A stretch of 45,129 bases of DNA, taken from NCBI GenBank assembly GCA_031267245.1, contig JAIRZL010000016.1, forward strand, positions 1-45,129. The letters run 5' to 3'. Below are positions 38,659 to 45,129 of this stretch, piece after piece (the first letter of the stretch is position 1; each line of letters opens with the position of its first letter). The stretch comes from Oscillospiraceae bacterium. Lineage in GTDB: Bacteria; Bacillota; Clostridia; Oscillospirales; Ruminococcaceae. Position numbers and translations under genes: made by a program. Under the pieces are notes generated by a model. That model had not been told where the DNA came from and did not search any database. It was given only the letters and a program-made list of their open reading frames with translations.

Positions 38659-39570
38659 ATGAGTAGATTTACTGGTCAAAAATGCCAATCGTGCAAAGAA
38701 GCGCTTCCAGATGAAAATGTTGTGGTTTGTCCTGAATGCGGGGCACCCTACCACAGCACCTGTTTTGAGCGAGAGAAGAAATGCGTCTACGAAGAATCGC
38801 ATGGTCAGGAAAACTGTTTTTCTCCTGAAGTCGAAGATTCAGCAAGCTCGCAAATCTGCCGCAATTGCGGCAAAAAAAACTCCCAAACGGAAGAGACATG
38901 TAGCTTTTGTGGCAAATCAGTTAAAGAAGGTGGCATGCTTAAAAAAAGCCTTTCACACACCAAAGAATCTGGCAACGCAGACGAGAGCAACGACACAGAA
39001 AAGCTTATGGATTCCTTCATTATGACAAATATCACATACTATCGAAATGCATTCAGACACAATCTTAAATTTAATTTTGCCGCTCTTTTTTCGCCGGTGT
39101 CTTATTTTTTCTATCGCAAGATGTATCTCGTTGGGAGCCTTATTGCTGGCGGATTTATGGGCATTTTATATATGTTTGCAAAGCAAATGGAGAAGATGGT
39201 TTACCTCAACCCGGACGTGCACTCAGCAGCATCTATGGAGGACGTTATGAGGAGGCTTCTGCTTTTAAAGCAAACCAATCCATATTTATACAACGAACTG
39301 GCAAAGCTTTCTACTTCCATCCTCTTCATCACATTTTCGGTAGCCGCGCTTTGTATCTTAATAGGTTTTTTTGCGAACAATATCTATAAAAGGCACGTGC
39401 TAAACAATGTTAAGCAATGCAAAGCAATAACCGATGAAAGCAAAGAAAGATTGATCCTGCTGCTTGGCGGCACCAATCTTGTTGCCGGCATACTAACAAA
39501 AATTGGATTTTGGAGCTGCGTGCTCAAATTCATCTCCATTGCAACCAACATCTTAGCGAATTCCATTTAG
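38659..39570 (+). CDS. Membrane protein with N-terminal prokaryotic RING-like and zinc-ribbon domains (DUF2628-like C-terminus)
   Basis: CQSC..VVCPECGAPYHSTC..C, CRNCG..CSFCG, FNFAALF..YFFYRKMY, GFFANNIY; RBS GAAAGGTGA before the ATG at 38659. Confidence 0.75.
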   Translation: MSRFTGQKCQSCKEALPDENVVVCPECGAPYHSTCFEREKKCVYEESHGQENCFSPEVEDSASSQICRNCGKKNSQTEETCSFCGKSVKEGGMLKKSLSHTKESGNADESNDTEKLMDSFIMTNITYYRNAFRHNLKFNFAALFSPVSYFFYRKMYLVGSLIAGGFMGILYMFAKQMEKMVYLNPDVHSAASMEDVMRRLLLLKQTNPYLYNELAKLSTSILFITFSVAALCILIGFFANNIYKRHVLNNVKQCKAITDESKERLILLLGGTNLVAGILTKIGFWSCVLKFISIATNILANSI

Positions 39571-40605
39571 TGGGTGGCAGCGTGACGCTGCCCCCCATTT
39601 AGTAATCGGCGCCAAAAATAATAAAATAGAAAGAGATCTCGCGCGGGCAAGCCTACGACCACCTTAGCAGGGTTGGCACCATTCCGTGCGTTGCGGGAGA
39701 TTCTATCCAAAGGGTGACTGCGTGAATGGAGCAAACAGTTTGTTAACTGCCCCCATCAATCACCAACGCAGAAAGTTTTTTATCCCGCGCAAGCCTTGGT
39801 CCGATAAAGCAGGCTTGGCACCATTCCTTCAGCTGCGAAAGGCGGTAGCAGTTGGCAGCGGACATTGCCCGCCAAGAGCAGGGAACCAACGCCTACACAG
39901 AGCACAAAAGGCAAAAGCAAACAGGCGGGGGCAAATCACATACCGCCCTCTTGATTAGTAACCACCCTGCTCTGTTCTCAGAAAATTCGAGGACAAAGAG
40001 AGGACAGAGAGCTGCAACAAATGGGCCAATAGGCCAACAAGTTTTTTTAAAGGGGCAGTGGGCGGTAGCGGGCGACAGAAAAGCATCCCCGCCAACAATA
40101 AGCCGACCCAAGGAACACCCCAAGCCCTTTTGCCCGCGGCACGATTTCCGCCACGAGGAAAATTTTTGGTTCGCGGAAGGCATTTCCGGCGGGTCAAACT
40201 GAATGCCTTTCTGTTGTCGTTGCCGGCACCGCTCCGATGCCCACAGGTTGGTAACCGGACACAAAAGCATAGAAAAAGAAGCAGAGCAATTCCGCTTGGT
40301 ATCCTCGTGATCCGCGCTTCCTGGCAGAAAATGGCACCTGTCACCGGGCGCCTGCGGCCAACAAATTCCTTGCAACGGACGTCTGTTGGGCATCAAACCA
40401 AGCAAGTGCTGCTCGCAACGAACCTAGCGCAGCCCCTTCGAGGCACGCGATTGCTGCTCATGAATGATATTTGATGGCGCCAAAAGATTTCTCCTGCGCT
40501 GGCCCGGACGGCAAGAACTTTCCCTGAGCTCAACGTTGCCGCAGGCACAATTACTAACCGGCAGAAGCATTGCCAAGCGCCAAACATCATGGCCTGTGGA
40601 TCAAA

Positions 40606-43548
40606 TCACAAAAAATATGCAACACTTCCAGATGAACTCGGTTTCACAATTAATTTTTCGGCAATCTTCTCTTTCAACTCTGTCACATGAGAGATAATCC
40701 CTATCAATCGACCCGTATCCCGCAATTTCATCAAGGTTTCGATTGCCAGATCAATAGCTTCACCATCCAAAGTACCAAACCCTTCATCAATAAACATGGT
40801 TCCTATATAAACACCACCCGTATGCCCCTGCATGGTGTCAGACAAGCCCAACGCCAGCGCCAACGCCGCCTTAAACCCTTCGCCACCGGAAAGGGTGGTC
40901 ACATCTCTTGCGCGCCCGGTAAAACTATCAACAACCTCCAGATCCAGCCCAGAAAGGAATCTTTTGTTTTTCTCTTGCTTTCTAATCAACCGGAATCGCG
41001 CCATCGTCATTTCCTTCAATCTAACATTCGCCGCTTCGATCACATAATCAAAATAACGCGATAACACAAACCTCTCAAAAGAGATTTTCATCGCATTCCG
41101 CCCAGAAGCCAACTTGTATAAAGCATCAACCTTCCGCCAGATTTTATCCTGCCGCTCAATCTCCTTCCAATTGCTAACAATGCAATCCAGGGTCTGCTGA
41201 ACAGAAACAATCCTACCCTTCAATTCAGTTTCTTCTGCTTTCAATTCATTGATTTTTGTCTGCATTGCATCCAGATTTTGAGCAATGGTATTAACATCCG
41301 CAACAACCTTGCCTTCCAGTTCCTTCTGCAAAAAATTAAGCTTCATTGTGGCAGCCAACTTATTATCCTCGTGAGCCTTTATCTTTTCTTGCAACTCTTC
41401 AGAATTAGCCTCAAGCGCCAAAAGATAATCATCCTGGCCAACAAATCCTTTGTTACACAACTCTTGAAGAAACAGCTGCCGCGCATCTGTGAGCTCGTCA
41501 AACAAAGTATTCTGTGTGCGTTTCAAGCTCACTAATGTATTCTGGCCCTCCAATATCTTGCCGCGGCAGAGGCTGAATTCATTATTGAGCTGGGCAAATT
41601 CTTCACTCTGCCGTGTCAATTGAGCCTTAAGTATCTCTAGCTGTGCTTTAACATCCTCAGCAGAAGAAAAATCCACATTTGCTGCCGCCACTGTCTGCTG
41701 CAAATGCGAAATCTGCCCTTCAATGATTGCGATCTCTTTTGCACAATCGTTGCCAAGACTTACAAGTTCTTCTTCCGTTTGCGCTTCCAACAGAGACAAA
41801 AACCCAAGGGATTGTTGTTGCTGCTCTGTGTTGCAATACAGTTTTTTTAGCTCTGCGAAATGCTTCCTCTTTGCACTCAAAAGCACTTCCAAGCTACCCA
41901 CATCACGGGCTGGCACTTGAGCAATAACGCCAGAAGCAAGCAACAGATCCTCCTGCTGTTTAATCTCCAGTTTAACCGATCCCAATTCTTTTTCTGCTTT
42001 TGCTAACTGCACCTTCGCCTCGTCAAGCTTCTCACGGTTAAACGCGGCATCCACAAAAGTCATTTTTTGTGGATGTTCTTTTGCCCCACAAACAGGGCAT
42101 GGGTCGCCATCCTTCAAGTTCGCAGCCAAAACCGCCGCTTGATTCTTTAAAAAACCATCATAAAACTCAGAATAAGATGCTGAATACTTGGCCTCTAGCG
42201 GCTGTAATCTTTCCAGCTGCCCTATTAAATCCAGCAACAACCCCAACCCTTTAATGTCGCTGTGGAAGGTCGTTAATTTTTTCCGATTCTTTGCCTGATC
42301 CAATGCAAGATTTATAGCCAGTTGCTTTGTTTTTAGGCCGTCTTGCGTCTGCTTATTCTGGGCTAAAACATTGCGAGTAAACTGCACTTTATTCAACTCA
42401 ACCAACAAAACTTCCAGCTGCAGGATTTGATTGCGTACCTCACCATGGCTAGCCATAACCTTTTTAAGTTCCTCTAATCTTTGGGCAAATCCGGCAAAAG
42501 CGGCTTCTTGAGTGGCCAATCTTTCTTGCAATGCAACAACGTCCACTTTGGCTCTTTTTAGTTGCTCTTCTTTGTTTTTGATAATAAGGAAATCCGATTC
42601 CAGACCTTTCGCCGACTCAATTTGCACCAACTTATCACGCAGACCAACAAAATTCTTTTCTTGCTGTTCCAAATCATCCAAGGTTGCTTGCAATCTTTCA
42701 AGCTCACCAATCCTAATATTAATCACTTGTGCACGTTCCATATGGATCAAGAGGCTATCTTTTGCTTCTTCATGCTTTTTGCTGGTTGCTTGGGATTCCG
42801 CCAAATGCGCTTCTGCAAGAGACACCCAGTTAACCAACTGGTCCATAATCTTGCCAATCTCTGGATTCTCGCACCCAACAAGCTCAAGCAGCCAATCCTC
42901 ATTTAATCTGGCAGCTATTGTTGTAAACAACGCCGCAATTGATCCTTTTGCCGTTGTCATCTGTTGCTCAAGCAACCTTGCCTCTTCCCCCAACTTATTT
43001 GTGAAGTCATCAAAGAATTCTGTTCCAAAGACACGCCGAAAGATCAGCTGTTTTTCATCGCTTTTTGCTTCAAGCAAACGCTTAAATTCTCCTTGTGGCA
43101 ACATTACTATCTGCTTAAACTGCCGCTCATTAAGCCCCAGAATTTCTTCGATTTTTTCATTAACAGCCGCGATGCCAACCAAAACTTCACCATCCGGCAA
43201 GGTCAAAACCGCCTTAGCACCAATTGGTCTGCTCTTCCCTTTTGATGTTGTTTTCACATAAGGCGCTTCTCTGCGAATTGTGTAGGTAGCATCATTGATT
43301 TTAAAATCGAATTCCACAAAACAAAGAACCTCTTCGTCGGCGAAATCACTCTTAAGATTATCAGAACTCCTTGATTCACCACTAGCTTTCCCAAAAAGAG
43401 CAAAAGCCATTGCATCAAACAATGACGTCTTCCCCGCCCCTGTTGGCCCGGCTATAAGGAATATGTTGTTCTTCAATTTGCCAAAATCCAAAGTAACTGT
43501 TCCTGCAAACGGTCCAAAGGCACAAACCCTTAAAACCTGCGGTATCAT
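40606..43548 (-). CDS. sbcC: Exonuclease SbcCD subunit C (SMC-like ATPase)
   Basis: GPTGAGKTS, VMLPQGEF, zinc hook CPVCG, LSGGE, MFIDEGFGTLD, IISHV. Confidence 0.96.
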   Translation of the reverse strand: MIPQVLRVCAFGPFAGTVTLDFGKLKNNIFLIAGPTGAGKTSLFDAMAFALFGKASGESRSSDNLKSDFADEEVLCFVEFDFKINDATYTIRREAPYVKTTSKGKSRPIGAKAVLTLPDGEVLVGIAAVNEKIEEILGLNERQFKQIVMLPQGEFKRLLEAKSDEKQLIFRRVFGTEFFDDFTNKLGEEARLLEQQMTTAKGSIAALFTTIAARLNEDWLLELVGCENPEIGKIMDQLVNWVSLAEAHLAESQATSKKHEEAKDSLLIHMERAQVINIRIGELERLQATLDDLEQQEKNFVGLRDKLVQIESAKGLESDFLIIKNKEEQLKRAKVDVVALQERLATQEAAFAGFAQRLEELKKVMASHGEVRNQILQLEVLLVELNKVQFTRNVLAQNKQTQDGLKTKQLAINLALDQAKNRKKLTTFHSDIKGLGLLLDLIGQLERLQPLEAKYSASYSEFYDGFLKNQAAVLAANLKDGDPCPVCGAKEHPQKMTFVDAAFNREKLDEAKVQLAKAEKELGSVKLEIKQQEDLLLASGVIAQVPARDVGSLEVLLSAKRKHFAELKKLYCNTEQQQQSLGFLSLLEAQTEEELVSLGNDCAKEIAIIEGQISHLQQTVAAANVDFSSAEDVKAQLEILKAQLTRQSEEFAQLNNEFSLCRGKILEGQNTLVSLKRTQNTLFDELTDARQLFLQELCNKGFVGQDDYLLALEANSEELQEKIKAHEDNKLAATMKLNFLQKELEGKVVADVNTIAQNLDAMQTKINELKAEETELKGRIVSVQQTLDCIVSNWKEIERQDKIWRKVDALYKLASGRNAMKISFERFVLSRYFDYVIEAANVRLKEMTMARFRLIRKQEKNKRFLSGLDLEVVDSFTGRARDVTTLSGGEGFKAALALALGLSDTMQGHTGGVYIGTMFIDEGFGTLDGEAIDLAIETLMKLRDTGRLIGIISHVTELKEKIAEKLIVKPSSSGSVAYFL

Positions 43549-44729
43549 CTTTCAACATCCCTGCCTTCAGAAGAGGATATTTCTCCAACAATTCGATTAA
43601 CAATTTCAACTTGCTCGGTCGTTAAGGCTTCTTCGGTTAACTTCTCCACAAATTCGCCAAACAAGCCCACAAGATCTTCTCGTTTGCCACAATCCTGCAC
43701 ACTCGAAAAGACCATCTCGCTCAAATTATTGGGTAAGCTGAGCCCCAAAACGTTGCCAAACACCTGCCGCAACCGCATGATACCATCAAAAACGCTGTCA
43801 TTGTCAAGCAATTGCACAAAAAGGTAATCCAAGCTATTCTTGCAATACTTGTTTGGGTCCGCCAGGATATCATCTATAAATCCGCTAATAACCTTCAAGT
43901 CTCTTTTGGGGTGCAGGTCACACTTCTTTAACCTGAGCTGCCCCTTTTCTTTCATATCAACCTCAACAAAACCCTTCTCTTGATCAGCCTCCGCAACAGA
44001 ATATTTAAGCAAGGAACCAGAATAAACAACATGCTTTTTATACACTGTTTGTTGCGCATGAAGGTGCCCCAACGCCACGTAGTCAAAAAAAAACGCCGCC
44101 GAGATATCAACCACATCCACTCCCCCAACGGGGAGTTCATGCTCCACAACAACAGGGTCAGAAAAAGCACCATTCTTTGCCAAAAAACAAGAGAAAGAAC
44201 CGTGAGCCACCAACACATTTCGGTTGCCCTTGTTGATTCTTGGAAGATTATAATCAACAATCAAACGAAAAGCCTCGTTAAAGCTGCCAACCTTAACCTT
44301 AAGCTGCTGCGAAACCTTCTCTGGAGTAAAATATGGCAACAAGAAAAAATCCACCGTGCCATACTTATCAGGCAAGCTAAATTTTGGAAGCTCAGCTTCA
44401 AACTCGCCAACAATAAACGGGTTGCTTTTATATAACCGATTACCAAACGCCAATCTTGTTGCATTGTCATGGTTCCCTGCAATCATCAATATCTGTGCGT
44501 TCGTGTTGCTTATACTGCTAAAGAGAGCATCATCCAACAACCTAACACCCTCAACCGAAGGTATGCTTTTATCATAAACATCACCCGCAACCACAAGCAC
44601 ATCAATGCCATTCTCAAGGATATAATCTTCTAACTCCCGCAAAACATGGCGCTGATCTTCAATTAAAGAAAATCCGGCCAATTGCTTGCCAATGTGCCAA
44701 TCTGCAGTGTGTAAAATCTTCATCTGCAC
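43545..44729 (-). CDS. sbcD: Exonuclease SbcCD subunit D
   Basis: LHTADWHIG, AGDVYD, AGNHD, DYVALGHLH, YSGSLLKYS; overlaps the sbcC start. Confidence 0.96.
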   Translation of the reverse strand: MQMKILHTADWHIGKQLAGFSLIEDQRHVLRELEDYILENGIDVLVVAGDVYDKSIPSVEGVRLLDDALFSSISNTNAQILMIAGNHDNATRLAFGNRLYKSNPFIVGEFEAELPKFSLPDKYGTVDFFLLPYFTPEKVSQQLKVKVGSFNEAFRLIVDYNLPRINKGNRNVLVAHGSFSCFLAKNGAFSDPVVVEHELPVGGVDVVDISAAFFFDYVALGHLHAQQTVYKKHVVYSGSLLKYSVAEADQEKGFVEVDMKEKGQLRLKKCDLHPKRDLKVISGFIDDILADPNKYCKNSLDYLFVQLLDNDSVFDGIMRLRQVFGNVLGLSLPNNLSEMVFSSVQDCGKREDLVGLFGEFVEKLTEEALTTEQVEIVNRIVGEISSSEGRDVER

Positions 44730-45129
44730 TTCTCGATCTAATTTATTTTTTGCCCTCAGCCACCCTTAAACAACAGCCTTAAAGTCCCATTTCTAACCAC
44801 TTTATTATAAACCATACCAACCAAACAAATCAAATGACCATTGGGCCTCAGCTTCTTACAACGCTTTTTTGCCAAGGCTCAGAGTTTTACCAGCGCGGCA
44901 AGTTTTTCAACCGGACGGCACTCAGCTTTCCGATGCGGCAATGCTCTCAATTGACAAAATTGAAAAAACTTAGCGTTGCGAAAACCTGTGGTCAAGGCAT
45001 TGTTCTTCATACAAGTTTCAATATAAATACAAAACTAACTAGCCATATTGAATATATTGTGATATACTTAGGGCGACAATATAAACGCTCACGGAGAACA
45101 AATACCCAAAGTGAGCACAAAAACGGAAG

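Overview
A 45-kb chromosomal segment of a Clostridia (probably Oscillospirales-like) bacterium. It is mostly housekeeping genes: CIRCE-hrcA-grpE-dnaK-dnaJ, obgE, tRNA-Thr/Tyr/Arg, ssrA-smpB, ruvX, lysS, tig-clpP, RluA-family synthase, yqeK, secDF, a two-component system, plsY-der, prfB and sbcCD. The main accessory element (about 8.3-17 kb) is a radical SAM/SPASM RiPP locus whose substrates are all too short for the ORF track. Manual reading of the minus strand gives five tandem 30-46 aa Cys/Trp-rich precursors. They share an MKYI leader in two classes and have variable cores that all keep C-x3-C-x2-C. Decayed leaderless core copies lie between them. The array is followed by a 39-aa membrane peptide and an ABC exporter, and flanked by two paralogous ABC-2 permeases. 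The maturase promoter carries two Spo0A-box matches and a 13-bp direct repeat. The locus resembles the Clo7bot peptide/maturase family (my recollection, not a search), but these Trp-rich cores look distinctive. Other notable features are a fragmented rmuC pseudogene with a palindromic insert, a block of reversed strand skew, a likely ATA start codon for hrcA, a six-unit hairpin tandem repeat, and an orphan XRE/ImmA switch. All calls come from reading the sequence; no database searches were run.
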